A stretch of 64,000 nucleotides of DNA. Source: Albugo candida. Lineage: Eukaryota. Shown piece by piece: positions 38,155 to 50,889 of this stretch (within the stretch, counting starts at the first letter, position 1; every line of letters starts with the position of its first letter). The translations under genes were made by a program, and so were the position numbers. The stretch spans positions 372,001-436,000 of the forward strand of contig JBDOQK010000004.1 in the NCBI GenBank assembly GCA_040437565.1, read 5' to 3'. The notes under the pieces were generated by a model that saw only the letters and a program-made list of their open reading frames with translations, made no database searches and was not told the origin of the DNA.

Positions 38155-39880
38155 CTAATTGAATTGCGCTTCTGTCTCTGATTCGCCGTCGTCGCTGCCG
38201 GTAGTTGTAACGGATGATCGAACGCTTTGCTTCTCATTGGAGGTCCCAAGTTCTGCTTTGCTTGATGTACTGATGTCATTATCGATGGCGAGTGGGCTTT
38301 GGGTGATCATTTCCACTCCTTCTGTTTGTGGGAGCTAGCAAATATCAATAGTCATACAACGTTGATCGGTTCTTCGCACAATCGCTTACCTGCATCGAAT
38401 ATGCTAGATTGGAGCTATTCTTTGTAGGGCGCCAAATGGAGCACATTGATGCTGAAACGACAAAGTCCAAGACTGGCCAGGCCACCAATTGAGTCCATTC
38501 CCATTCAATGCTCCATTCGAAAATACCAACTCGACTTGAGACCGCAATGACCGTCAAAATCGAAAAAAAAATGATAAAGCTAGCGAGAGCCCACGCAAGT
38601 GATCGATACATTTTGAATTTTGCAAATTGCTTTTGCTCACTCAGATCAGTCAGAATGCGCTCCATAGATAAGTGAATCCATATAATAAAAGCCAAATTGC
38701 AAACCAATTGCGCAAATGACCACGCGGTAGGAGGATGTCGGAATTCAATCCCACTGGAAGTTCCTCGAGACACTTCATCTCCAATCCCACACACAAAGTA
38801 GATGAGGGAAAGAAGCGACGCCGAGGTCACCTCACAAGGCGATAAACGTTCACGAACAATCCCGTAACCGAGGCATACCACCACCAAAATCGCACGCGCT
38901 AAAGTTCGCATTAGGGTCTAAAAAGAAAACCCATGTCAATGACGTCATAAGCGACGAGCATAACGCGTACATTGAAGATCACAGCTGTGAGTAATCTCGT
39001 CGGGTACGGGCAGCAGACGGGATCCCCGGTGCTGTTCATTGAGTATAGAGCCAAAAACCATATTGCATTTGTCACTACATCACACAACACGCTAAGCTCT
39101 CATTTGTCAATGACGCGAAACAAACGTACGTGCTCCCAACAAGAGAATAATGAAAATCCCATAGTGAAGTCGGATCAACTGAGATCGATGCTGGACCATC
39201 AACAAGGCGAAGAACGCGTATAAGCCAAGGTAGCCAAGTCCAAGAAAGCCACTAAACGGAAGCATTCCATAAATTGGAGCCGGTAGTAAGCCGTACATAT
39301 TTCGAATTTCCAGCGTTCCAGTAAAGTAATAAACAGGAGTAACGTATGCAGTGTTTGTGTCAATTGAAATCTGATGGTTGGAATTATTTGTTGAATTTCC
39401 ATTCGTTGGTATCGAAGCTTCTGTGTTATTTACGGGACAAAGGAATACCTGTGTCACTATCCATCCGCTCTCTTTAACCTGATACTCAGCCGTTCCTTGT
39501 AGACTGTCATCCGAAAGAGGAGATACGTACCGTTCGATCTCTGATATTCCCCCATATGAAAAGCTCTTTTCAGTCGAACATGCAAATCGCTCGATATGCA
39601 TTTGCACTTTAACAAATGCATCGAATGAGTTTAAATGATAAATAACAGTTGTAAGACTCCATCCGTAAAGATCGTTTGTCAAATTATCGCCTCTTAGTGT
39701 CACTTTGACCGTCGAATTGCCTGTCCGGGCAAAAAGTGGACCTTCATTGCTTCCAAAAACCTTTTCGGCGTGTTGATAAGACGGGATCCACGCTTTGCTA
39801 GTTACTGGGTAGATAGATGCATTAGCAGCAAATGTCAAGAACGTATGGACGAAAATGAGAATATCTACTTCAAAGCGCAT
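38155..39880 (-). CDS. TMEM87/GPR107-family (lung seven-TM / GOST) membrane protein, copy A
   Basis: Signal peptide, luminal domain, IRNMYGLLPAPIYGMLPF, VVCLGYGIVR, QFAKFKMYR, IWRPTKNS; several introns. Confidence 0.85.
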
Positions 39881-40245
39881 TCTGTGAAGTCTAATTGCAA
39901 AGCGAAAGAACTAAAAATGCGTCACAATTCCTTTATCTCNNNNNNNNNNNNNNNNNNNNNNNNNNNNNNNNNNNNNNNNNNNNNNNNNNNNNNNNNNNNN
40001 NNNNNNNNNNNNNNNNNNNNNNNNNNNNNNNNNNNNNNNCTGTGAAGTCTAATTGCAAAGCGAAAGAACTAAAAATGCGTCACAATTCCTTTATCTCACT
40101 TTCGGTATAAAATGTGCTGAGAAGATGCCTTTCGTGTTTGCACCAATGCATGATCTCCATTAATTAACGTTGTTGTCGGATTGGCTAAATAAAGCATCAT
40201 GCGACCGTTATGTCGGTGCTTCGAATCTGCGATTTGCTTGATGAT

Positions 40246-41732
40246 ATGATGCGGTTTCTATGGCTTCTAGTGGCTCAATCGTGCTTTAGGAAGGCAGATA
40301 GCAATATACAACATCTGAATTCCGCATTGAGCAGTTTGAAATATGAGAAATACTTGTTTGCAGACCGTAATGGACCATTTGGAATTGGTGGAAGCTCATA
40401 CATTCGCATAAACGCTCATATCGAGGCATTACATCGCGAGACTTCGGCCCATATGATCACAATCCATCGTCTTGATGAATACTTTCACTTTTCAGTCGTT
40501 GTCGTTGTATACACTGAAGTGGAACAGCTCAAAGATTTGGATGAACACACTGCATGCTCACGCGATTACACCGATACTTTTGACAAAAGCTTAAAAGGAG
40601 TTTTGCACGGAGAATTGCATATTATCACACCAAAATCGCCAGTTGACGTCTTTATGGAATATCGTCCGAAAAACAATGGAAAACAATATGTAATGATACT
40701 TCCGTGTTGGAAGCAAAAGGATCAGATCTTTGGGTATCCTGTGAGTGCTTCAGAATTTGTCATGTACCCGATGGAGAATCCTGTGCTGTTTGTGAATGGA
40801 AGTGTCGAGTTCCATAATCCCTACGGATACATTCCGCATATTTTGTATGGCATTTTCCCATTCAGGTGCGATTGAATGATAAAGGGATCGATCGGCTCAT
40901 ATTTTGTCATTTAGTGAGGCTCTGTCGATTCTTTACGGATTTGGATTTGTAAACTTACTTTCACTGAGCGAGAAACGGCTCGGGAAGCTTTCGTTCTGGC
41001 TACAATCGGTCGTATTTGTAGTCGTATTGGCTTCGGGTAGGAGGAAAAGATGTGCCGCATACTTTATTGTAATTTTTCGTATGTCGCAGTCGAAATCATT
41101 TGCTGGCTACTTTCATACAAGTTTTTGAATGAGAAGAAGCGTTCTTTGGTGTGCTCTTACCCTCCGGCAATCCTATTCAATACATTTTTCAAAGCAGTTG
41201 CAGGGGTCCTACTACGAGTTCTCACGACACTGATTTCTCTCGGGTATGGAACGATACGTTCTTGTGTCACAAGGTACAATATTGTGCTTGTTACCGGACT
41301 CGGGATGTTGTACTTTATCTCTATCGCAATCGTCGAAGTCAATGATCGTCTCTATCACTCAGAAAAGCCGCGAAATCCAATGTTTGCTCTATCGGAATCA
41401 ATCACAGTGTCCAGTAATTTGATTTTCATCGGATGGATTTTAAAATCATTTTGCATACCGCGTCACAAATTGAGATTTATGCGTTGTGTCTCAGACAATT
41501 GTGATGCAAAGAATCACTCCCTTTATGCATTTATTGCGATAAGTCTGTGTTGTATGGGGATGGAAGGCGCCATGTAAGTCATCGCATTTGTTCTTTCCCA
41601 ATAACTCGCATCCTTTGTAGCTACCCTGGCATCTTGGTCATGGAATACAAGTATTTGTGGCTTGTTTGGGTCTCTAATCGACTGGCTGTTCATATTGTAA
41701 TACTTTGCATTGTGAATATGCAAAGACCATAG
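40246..41732 (+). CDS. TMEM87/GPR107-family membrane protein, copy B (divergent)
   Basis: Signal-like N-terminus, FHNPYGYIPHILYGIFPF, CSYPPA, LISLGYGTIR, terminal QRP*; several introns; 3' end uncertain. Confidence 0.7.
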
Positions 41733-41943
41733 AATCGATGCTGCCAGCAAAGATCGCGACGTCGTCGACAGGACACTAAGAAGATGAAGGAAAAGCCTCC
41801 AAGACTAATCAGAGTCCGAGTAGGGAGCCCTGGTATAGTTGACTATACAGCAGGAAGGATGTTAAAGTCGAAGAGATCGTAGTCGAAAGAAGACGGGAAT
41901 TGTAAGGGTCACTGGTAGCTACAAATTGCTTGTGGATGATTGA

Positions 41944-43542
41944 TTATCGATTTATTGGATTTCGTATCGAGTTGTGTTGAGTCAATTCTCTACTGGCGTT
42001 TTCAGGTTGAGTGTTTTCCCCAAGGGAAGCTCCAAACTGAGTCGTGTAGTCTCCAAATCCGAATCCAAACGGCGGTGGCGGGTCCCCTCGTTCTGTTGAT
42101 TCCATCAAGCCACCAATTTGATACCCTTGTGGGTTCATACTTGCCAGTTGTGCAACTGCTTCTTGTTCGCCCGTGTTTGAATAAATTACTGAATCGCTTG
42201 AGAGAAAGCTTGGACGAAGTGGTGCCTGTACTCCTTCCAATGACGATTCTATCCTTGCATTTTCCAGAATGGCGGTATTCATACGAAATTCGCCATCTTC
42301 GGCAGCGTTTAATTGGAATCCATCGACGTAATCGAGTATGAGCTTTTCGTTATGATTGACGTCCACAAAGGAAGCAACATCCTGTCCGGCAATTTGCTTC
42401 TTGTCGATCGGTAGCCTCTGTCCATTGACGGGTGATTTCTTCGGACCCGAGTCATTCGTTTCTTTACTCATTCGCGATTTCTTCCTAACCTCAGCCTTTT
42501 GAGCTTTTTCGGACTCAATCTGTTTCACTTCATCGATATCAATCATTGATATACGATTACGTTGTCTTTTGAATCGCCCTGCATCGGCTTTCCGTCGAAT
42601 TTCAGAGCTTAATTCGCTGAAATTCTTCTTCATCGGAGGGGGTAATACAGCTGCTTTGTTCTTCATCATCATACGAGCTCCAGAAGTGCTCGACTGAGAC
42701 AAACTTTGTACCTTTTGCATCTGCGAAAGATTTGACGACATCAATTGACCTTCGTGTGTTTTCTTCACGGATTCTACATTATCCATTAGCTTCATTCAGT
42801 GTCTCGGAGGATCAGTGGAAACCGTACCTCTCGCATCATTTTTCAGTGACGAAGGCGTTGAAACAGTTTGAAAATGCGCTTCCACTTGCACTCTTTCAGA
42901 TGCTCGCGTCGAGTCATTCAAAATCGCATACTCATAGCAATAAGATCCATCCCACAATGAGTTTGTCCGAATGTCATTTTCAGAGGAGTTGAGGACTAAG
43001 AATCCAAACCATTCGATGAGTATCATTCAAATTTGCATCCCGGCAGCATCTGATTACCAGTCTGTATGATTGTATCGATAGCGAGTTGCATCTTTTCATC
43101 CAAAAAAGTCTCTCTCCCGTCTTCAGTTTGTGGGAAAAGATACTTTCGAACCAAACCAGCGGTTATCTTGACCCACTAATGTCGATACTGAATCAGATTG
43201 CGACGTAAACAGCTCATACAAAACGAACCTCTTCTTTGTCGTCTTGCGCCGTCGCAATCATATCGACAATGGTCAGCTTACTGGCTTCAAACACATCTCT
43301 TTCTACGCACAAAAACGAAAGCAATAGTCGCACCTATTCACATTATAATTAACGGGAATTGGCATTGACTCCATTGCTTATGCGGTTACTTTGCTAAAGT
43401 GCGGAAGCGCTTTGTATATATGAGAAGCTTCGTTGATTTTCTCACGTGTCAGTAGCGTGCCAAACTCTGTCGAGCTCCAATCGTGTTTTAATTTGAGTGT
43501 GATCCAATTCTCAGCTGCAGGAATCTCAGTATCAGAGTTCAT
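41944..43542 (-). CDS. NELFA: NELF-A-like protein (negative elongation factor A); exons 43542-43390, 43333-43229, 43175-43058, 42995-42828, 42773-41944
   Basis: The spliced N-terminus WITLKL..DWSSTEFGTLLT..KALPHFSKVRLLLSFL..IVDMIATAQDDKEEWVKITAGLV aligns with the recalled human NELF-A N-terminal domain. All four introns are GT-AG, 53-62 nt and frame-preserving. Confidence 0.75.
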
Positions 43543-43569
43543 GTTATGTTAACTTTACTGAGTTGTTAC

Positions 43570-45161
43570 TTAAACGAGCGACAATGAAGTCAGGCGATTG
43601 TTTACGCGCTTTTGTCGATATCGTTGCAACATTGTGAGGTTTCCAGAGACACCACCCGTGTGTACATATACGATTTCATGTTTTTTACTGAGATCTGAAG
43701 GAAAGAGAAGAGTCTCCAAATTCTCAAACATAACGTGCCATGCAAAACAGCCGTATAAAAGATCAAACTCAATCTTTGTTGACTCTAGTAACTCATGATA
43801 TATGTGGTAGAATGGCATATAAAGCTGACCAAACCGCTTCTTCACTTTGGGAATCAGTATGTTTGGAATAAAAGGATCAAAGTCAAAGCCAAAANNNNNN
43901 NNNNNNNNNNNNNNNNNNNNNNNNNNNNNNNNNNNNNNNNNNNNNNNNNNNNNNNNNNNNNNNNNNNNNNNNNNNNNNNNNNNNNNNNNNNNNNGTTTAC
44001 GCGCTTTTGTCGATATCGTTGCAACATTGTGAGGTTTCCAGAGACACCACCCGTGTGTACATATACGATTTCATGTTTTTTACTGAGATCTGAAGGAAAG
44101 AGAAGAGTCTCCAAATTCTCAAACATAACGTGCCATGCAAAACAGCCGTATAAAAGATCAAACTCAATCTTTGTTGACTCTAGTAACTCATGATATATGT
44201 GGTAGAATGGCATATAAAGCTGACCAAACCGCTTCTTCACTTTGGGAATCAGTATGTTTGGAATAAAAGGATCAAAGTCAAAGCCAAAAGCGAGTTTTTG
44301 GAATTGTGTGCGAAGATATAAGTGATCACCGACGCAGGGAATTGTGTGAACGGTGTGGGCTTTATCGAGAAATTGAGCAAGATAGAATGCTGTCGTTCCT
44401 GTCCCTGATGGGAGAACCACCGACATTGATATACCCCCGGCTTGATGTAGTGCGTACAGATTCAGTTCCATTGCTAATTGCTTAATACCAAACTTGGCTT
44501 CTTGGAATGCCGCGCCGCGTGGAATGAAGATGATACGCTTTCCAGCCCCATAATCCTGAACGATAGAAGATTTGCATTTTTCCTTGACCAACATTTCAAT
44601 ATCATGTCTGGGAAGCGATATACACCGCATTCCGAGCGCGTTAGACGTTGCCATATTTCCTTCGAGTAAATTCTGGTATCGTTCCTGTTCACAGAAATAA
44701 GTAAAAGGCACTTTTTTCAGCTGTGATAGCTGTGCAATTGCAAGCATCGCATTACTGCTAGGTCCACCATAGCTGAATATGTGTGCATCTATATCATAAA
44801 ACCGTATAAACACACGTATACGCTTTTACGCCGATCATATACCATCAAAAAATGAATTGCTCTGCTGCAACAGCCAATGCAATTTTCGCATCTATTAGCA
44901 TGCATTCAACAAGTTAGCAATTCAAAGACTTCTGTATCACGATGATCTTGTGCCTTATTTCCTTCTAATGGTAAAATATCATCGCGTTTGACGTGAATAA
45001 GCTGCTGGCGAAATTGAACGCATTGGATCGGTGAGATTTTCANNNNNNNNNNNNNNNNNNNNNNNNNNNNNNNNNNNNNNNNNNNNNNNNNNNNNNNNNN
45101 NNNNNNNNNNNNNNNNNNNNNNNNNNNNNNNNNNNNNNNNNNGGATCGGTGAGATTTTCAT
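43570..45161 (-). CDS. PLP-dependent D-cysteine desulfhydrase / ACC deaminase-family protein
   Basis: MKISPIQ..VKRDD..GNK/MRKL, SYGGPSSNAM, PSGTGTTA, EFDLLY, YVHTGG; both ends are affected by gap overlaps. Confidence 0.88.
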
Positions 45162-45229
45162 GTGGTGACACATTATATAACATTCGAATTTAAGGTTCCA
45201 CACAAATATGGAATCATACGAAGATTGTT

Positions 45230-47054
45230 ATGTCCTCACAGCAGTCGTCGAAGCGCAGGAACAGCAATCGTTTTACAAACTTGTCGACCGCTGTGACTAT
45301 CGATGAAAATGACACCATATCCGAAGATACTCCGTTGATTATTGGACGGTCATCAGAACTCAATTACAATTCGGATTCCGCCATTTACAGATACGACGAG
45401 CGCGAGCGTACGTGACGAACCAGTCAAAATACAATCAGTGCTAAGCATGTCGGATCTATTTTCCATGACAGAAGCGATTCCGTTGCATCGACACGTTTAT
45501 TATGGACCAGGAACTCATTATAATGTCACTAGAGCCAGCGACGATGAAGATGATGAGAATTATTTGCTGGATGCTCCCTTCCCGAGCTACACGCAGATGG
45601 CTACACCGTCACGTCAAGGCTCGCGAACTAGCTGGAAAGGTCTTGTTGGAAAGACTAAACGAGTGGTACCCTTTTGTAACGATATAAATCCTCATTGATT
45701 GGCTCAGTTGAGTGCGCATGCACAGTCTTCTCCACCGCATGTAAATCGATTCACTCGTCGATCGAGAATGAGAAGTATCAAGAAACAGCTACGGGTGATT
45801 ACATTTGATGTTTGAGTCCATTTTAGGTCGCAAGATATTTTATTATTTCTTGTAGGAACCATTAAGCATACAAAAGCTTCGCGTTTCTGCTTATTGCACA
45901 TGTGACCAGCTTCATTTATTCAAATTTCTCAAATGGCTCGAGCGGATTGAGACTGGACAATTGCCTGGAGGAGAAATAAATCCTGACGGATGGCGTCACA
46001 AAATGTATATGGGAGCAATTCATTCCAGCATTGCTCCGTTGGCCGACAGGAGGTAGTCCCCTTTGCATGGTGCGAAAAGTATTTGGTACTGACTCGGACT
46101 TTGGCTCAGAGATCAGTCCTCGTTACCGACCGAATATGAACAAAAAGACGTCTTTTACTTTGCGTGAGTTCAATGCACAATTGTAACAGTATTTCAACTA
46201 ATTGGTATAATTGTCTTTAGAACGGGTTGCACAGTCTTCTGGGGTCTCACAAGGGCTGAGGAGCAGGAGCATTTACGTGCGCTTATTGGCTTCTCGATGG
46301 GGCCAGTGAAGCAAGTAGAAGTGGAAGATATGGATTATGTCTATGGCGACTCAAACAGGTTCGAAAAACTGATTTCCTTGTCTACTCTGATCAGTATCAA
46401 TGTATCTGCACCGTAGGATAGTCAACGATGCTATTACGCTGAGCAGTAATTGTGCCTCTGAGAAGCTAGCGATTTCATTTGCAATGGCACAATCGGCAAA
46501 ACTTGATGTTTTTGAAGAGAGAGTGGAAGAAACGATACAAAAAACAAAACACATTCCACAAAATCTCGCAACGACTGGATCGATACATTACTCTCAAAAT
46601 GACATTTCCAAACTCATTGGTCGCTTATTCATCGAGGTATGATTGAGAGGTGATAATGGGCAGTTTCTGTTTTTCTTAGCCAAATCACTTTGATAGCGAA
46701 ACGATGTCAATTTGAATTCCGACATGTTGGATGAGCCCGATTTTTTCTGGGAAGACGATGAGTACGAGCCTCTTTACAAAAAGATGATGAAATATTTAGA
46801 TGTGGACAATCGCGTTCATATCTTGAATACCCGTCTTGATATACTAAGGGAATTGTACGTGACCGATGATGCGACATGCATGTGAGCACTGAAGCCATTC
46901 TGCTGTTAGACTTGACGTTTTGAGCCAACAATTAGCACATCAGCACGATACTAAATTGGAGTGGATTGTTATATGGTTGATTGTTGCTGAAGTGGTTGTG
47001 CAGATAGTTTGGAATATCATCATCAAAGACATTCTGGGCTTCTTCAAACGTTAG
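45230..47054 (+). CDS. RMD1 / DUF155 family protein, multi-exon
   Basis: KLAISFAMAQSAKLDVFEE, LDEPDFFWEDD, YLDVDNRVHILNTRL, LEWIVIWLIVAEV. Confidence 0.88.
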
Positions 47055-49010
47055 TATGACGTACAGAGGGTGTTGGACCTTAGAAATGCAGAGTGGTCTA
47101 TTGGGATCTCCGGTGGCTTTATGTTGGGTTTCCGCCTTGTCCACTATCATGTCATAAAGTAATGGAGCTAATAAGCTTCAAAGTCTTCATCTCACGACTC
47201 CAAGTCTGTTCTCTGCCTGGATCTCACAAACTACTTGCTTCCGTTGCGCAGACGTTGTTTTTAACTGCCATTTTGTATCCGTATTTGCTGTCGATGTAAG
47301 GCATCAATGCACGAGACGAATAGGTCGCTTCATCGACAGAATCGCTGAGTGATTGTATATTTTTGAGATCAGAACACAATGACGAAATGCACTGCTAAAG
47401 TGTGCAAACGCGCAAACATTGGCAGCATCAATAACCCATTTACACACGATGAAGTCGCACATAACTGAACATTATCGGTATCTGAGCATTCACGAGACAG
47501 CGGCTAAATACGAAATTTCCAAAAGCAGTCAATGTATTGAGTAGCTAATAGCTTATGCGATGTGATGATTATCGTTAATAATCGATCGATACTGATGCTG
47601 AAACAGACTATGTGCATGTTAGAGACTCTCAAATGGGTAATTCGTTCAATGTGTAAACTATGATACACATTCACTAGGATTCTGAGTTGAGGCATTTTCA
47701 CATCCGTTCCCGTGATAAACAGTTTGACTGTGGAATGGATGACTGACAGCGCGACTATGCTTCAGGAAAGAACGTAAGGTCATCTGAAGATTCTGGCAAT
47801 CAAGCGTCAATTAAACGGACAATTGTAAGTAAAAGTGTGTTTTGGTGCAATGTTGTGATCTCATTCGTGCTTTTTCGAAAGAGATACAGTACTTTTGTGC
47901 ACAGCAAAAGTCGATCGAGCAGTCTGCCTGCATATTTGATATGAAATTGATTCATCGATATTTTCATCGGTATAAACGCACAATTCCATTACTGAGAAAT
48001 TTCTTATGTGTTTGACAAAGTGTATTCTCTTAAGCAACGATTTCGGATGTGAATTATAAAATGACACGCAGTCTTTTACTGCAAGTCACTTCCACTCCAA
48101 TCGCATCGTTTACTTTGAACCCCCAATTCAGTGAGCTTGGCCTCGTGTATAGTCAAATTTGATACGAGGCTCAGTTTACAAATCTGAACTGTATGAAAAG
48201 TAGAAGTAAGATGGACATCTATGCATCCATGAAAACGCACATCGAAACACATCAACGTTTATAGTATCTGAGCACAAAACGACGGTGACAATGCCCCTTC
48301 GTTACGTCTTATCGAGAAAATTTGAATAAAAATTGCGCCTCTGCAACCACTTCATCAAATTTCACAAAAAATGATTGTTTAAATAATCAACAATAAAGTA
48401 TCAGTGTATGATAGATTATCATAATGCAAGTTGCATCTCTTCATTGTATCGTAAATATAAATACTTCGCATACACGTCTAAGGAGTCTTGTTCGTGATCA
48501 GCAATGTAAGTGTACCGAGTTGGATCAAATATAAAACGTATCATAGGGTTCAAGACGGTGTTTACTTGTGTAGCAATGGTGAAGCAACGTATCCATGCAT
48601 GTCTGGATAGTAGAAAAACACGGGATACCGCTCCGGAAGTGTAATCGTCACGTACTGATGCAATGTCATGATCCCTCTCAACTTGAATCCGTAAGTAGAC
48701 TATCCACAAGAATTGTATACGACTACTTATCCAATTCTGACATCGCGTGATCTTGGAAATCTCTCATTTGGAAGACAAACAATGCGTACTATAACGTTTG
48801 CCGGGTAGGAAGTGTCAAGGATACGCTGCACAAAGTATGGCTACGATATGATCTTTAAAAGGGTATTGCTTGTCAGGCACAAAAGGACGAATGGCTTACG
48901 GCTCGAGGTGAACCGACGCTTAAGCGGTCCTTAATCAGCTCCCTCCAAAACCAATGGTCAAGAATAGATCTCATTCATCATTGGAAGAAATAAACAACTT
49001 CACGATCGCT

Positions 49011-49076
49011 GATTGGGAGATATTAAAAAGAATATCGAGTGATTGCCCACTTTCAAAAATTCATTCAGCAATCTAC
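49011..49076 (+). promoter_or_regulatory. EF1-alpha core promoter: reverse CCAAT box and oomycete Inr+FPR-like element
   Basis: GATTGG at 49011-49016; TCATTCAGCAATCTAC at 49061-49076 resembles the oomycete YCATTYY-CAWTT initiator plus flanking promoter region. Confidence 0.6.
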
Positions 49077-49086
49077 CAAAAAGAAG

Positions 49087-49182
49087 GTAAGCGGTTTGTA
49101 GATTATCACTTAACGGAGAGCTATATCAGCTCTTTACACATACCCTTAATTCCTCTCTAACTGTTGCATTTGCTCTGTATAG
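49087..49182 (+). other. 5'-UTR intron of EF1-alpha
   Basis: AG|GTAAGC donor, CTAAC branch point, pyrimidine tract and TAG acceptor 13 nt before the ATG. Confidence 0.8.
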
Positions 49183-49195
49183 GCTCAATAACAAA

Positions 49196-50536
49196 ATGGG
49201 AAAGGAAAAATTTCACATTTCGCTTGTCGTTATCGGTCACGTCGATGCCGGAAAATCAACAACCACAGGTCATATGATCTACAAATGTGGTGGAATTGAC
49301 AAAAGAACCATTGAAAAGTTTGAGAAAGAAGCTGCTCAGTTGAACAAGACTTCTTTCAAGTACGCTTGGGTTGTCGACAAGCTCAAAGCTGAGCGTGAAC
49401 GTGGTATTACGATTGATATCGCCTTGTGGAAATTTGAAGGAGCTGTTCATTCTTTCACTGTCATTGACGCACCGGGTCATCGTGATTTTATCAAAAACAT
49501 GATTACCGGAACTTCTCAAGCTGATGCGTCTATTTTATGTATCGCCTCTGGTGTCGGTGAATTTGAAGCCGGTATTTCAAAAGAAGGACAAACGCGTGAG
49601 CACGCATTGTTGGCTTTCACTTTAGGTGTGAAACAAATGGTAGTTGCAGTCAACAAAATGGACGATGCATCTGTCAAATACTCGCAATCTCGTTTCGATG
49701 AAATTGTAACAGAAGTTGGAACATACCTGACCAAGATCGGATACAAAGCTAACAAATGCACCATGATTCCCATTTCAGGATGGTGTGGTGACAACATGAT
49801 TGAAAAGTCGACTAATATGCCTTGGTACAAGGGTCCGACACTTCTTGAAGCTCTTGACAAATTGGTACCACCAAAACGTCCGACTGACAAGCCATTGCGT
49901 CTGCCTTTACAAGACGTTTACAAGATTGGTGGTATTGGTACGGTACCTGTCGGTCGTGTTGAAACAGGTGTACTCAAACCTGGCATGGTTGTTACATTCG
50001 GACCTATTGGTTTGACCACTGAAGTCAAGTCTGTTGAAATGCATCACGAGTCCCTTGCTGAAGCAACTCCAGGTGACAATGTTGGTTTCAATTGTAAGAG
50101 TGTTGCAGTCAAAGATCTTAAACGAGGATATGTTGCATCCAACAGCAAAGAAGACCCAGCTGTCGGAACTGAAACCTTTACCGCACAAGTCATTATTCTC
50201 AACCATCCAGGTCAAATCTGTAATGGTTACTCTCCTGTGCTCGACTGTCACACCGCCCACGTCGCTTGCAGATTTCAGGAAATCATTGAAAAGATGGATC
50301 GTCGTTCTGGTAAAGTTCTCGAAGCAGCACCAAAGTTCGTCAAGTCTGGCGACGCATGTATGGTAGTGTTGGCACCAACCAAACCCATGACAGTTGAGTC
50401 ATTTTCCGAGTACCCACCTCTGGGACGTTTCGCTGTGCGTGATATGCGTCAGACCGTCGCCGTTGGTGTCATCAAATCTGTCATCAAGAAAGAAGCAACT
50501 GGAGGCAAAGTCACCAAAGCCGGTGCCAAGAAATAA
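49196..50536 (+). CDS. EEF1A: Translation elongation factor 1-alpha
   Basis: [41 protein letters not shown]; intact 446 aa. Confidence 0.99.
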   Translation: MGKEKFHISLVVIGHVDAGKSTTTGHMIYKCGGIDKRTIEKFEKEAAQLNKTSFKYAWVVDKLKAERERGITIDIALWKFEGAVHSFTVIDAPGHRDFIKNMITGTSQADASILCIASGVGEFEAGISKEGQTREHALLAFTLGVKQMVVAVNKMDDASVKYSQSRFDEIVTEVGTYLTKIGYKANKCTMIPISGWCGDNMIEKSTNMPWYKGPTLLEALDKLVPPKRPTDKPLRLPLQDVYKIGGIGTVPVGRVETGVLKPGMVVTFGPIGLTTEVKSVEMHHESLAEATPGDNVGFNCKSVAVKDLKRGYVASNSKEDPAVGTETFTAQVIILNHPGQICNGYSPVLDCHTAHVACRFQEIIEKMDRRSGKVLEAAPKFVKSGDACMVVLAPTKPMTVESFSEYPPLGRFAVRDMRQTVAVGVIKSVIKKEATGGKVTKAGAKK

Positions 50537-50889
50537 GCGACAAAAACAGCACACGTCGGATTTTTTCTGACCCATCACTAAGAGTAGGAGTTAGCTAATA
50601 AGCAATTTGTCTTTTCTTGATGAATTACAGTGCTTCATCGGTTAGATATAACACGCGACGCTAAATCATCATCTCATATTTCTCGATGTCCGTCTGTGTA
50701 CACGACTCCAAATATCAAAGCGCGACCTTTTTTTACCACACACATAAAATGCAGTCTTTCAAAGTACCGCTCAAGTTGCACAATTGCATCGTAAATAAAT
50801 GCATTACACTGAATCGGGTCCAAGCATCAAACTTTACTCTTTTCGCGCACATACCGCGTAATTCTAATGGGGCTGTGCGCCATGGTGTC

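Noticed and set aside
47055-48950. 1.9-kb spacer with short ORFs (e.g. 48419-48709) and a small palindrome near 48916-48930
   Set aside because: No recognisable protein motif, tRNA cloverleaf or snoRNA signature that I can support
49256-50366. Antisense and alternative-frame ORFs over EF1-alpha (and similarly over ATM1, the AAA gene and the coiled-coil genes)
   Set aside because: Shadow ORFs caused by codon bias of the real genes
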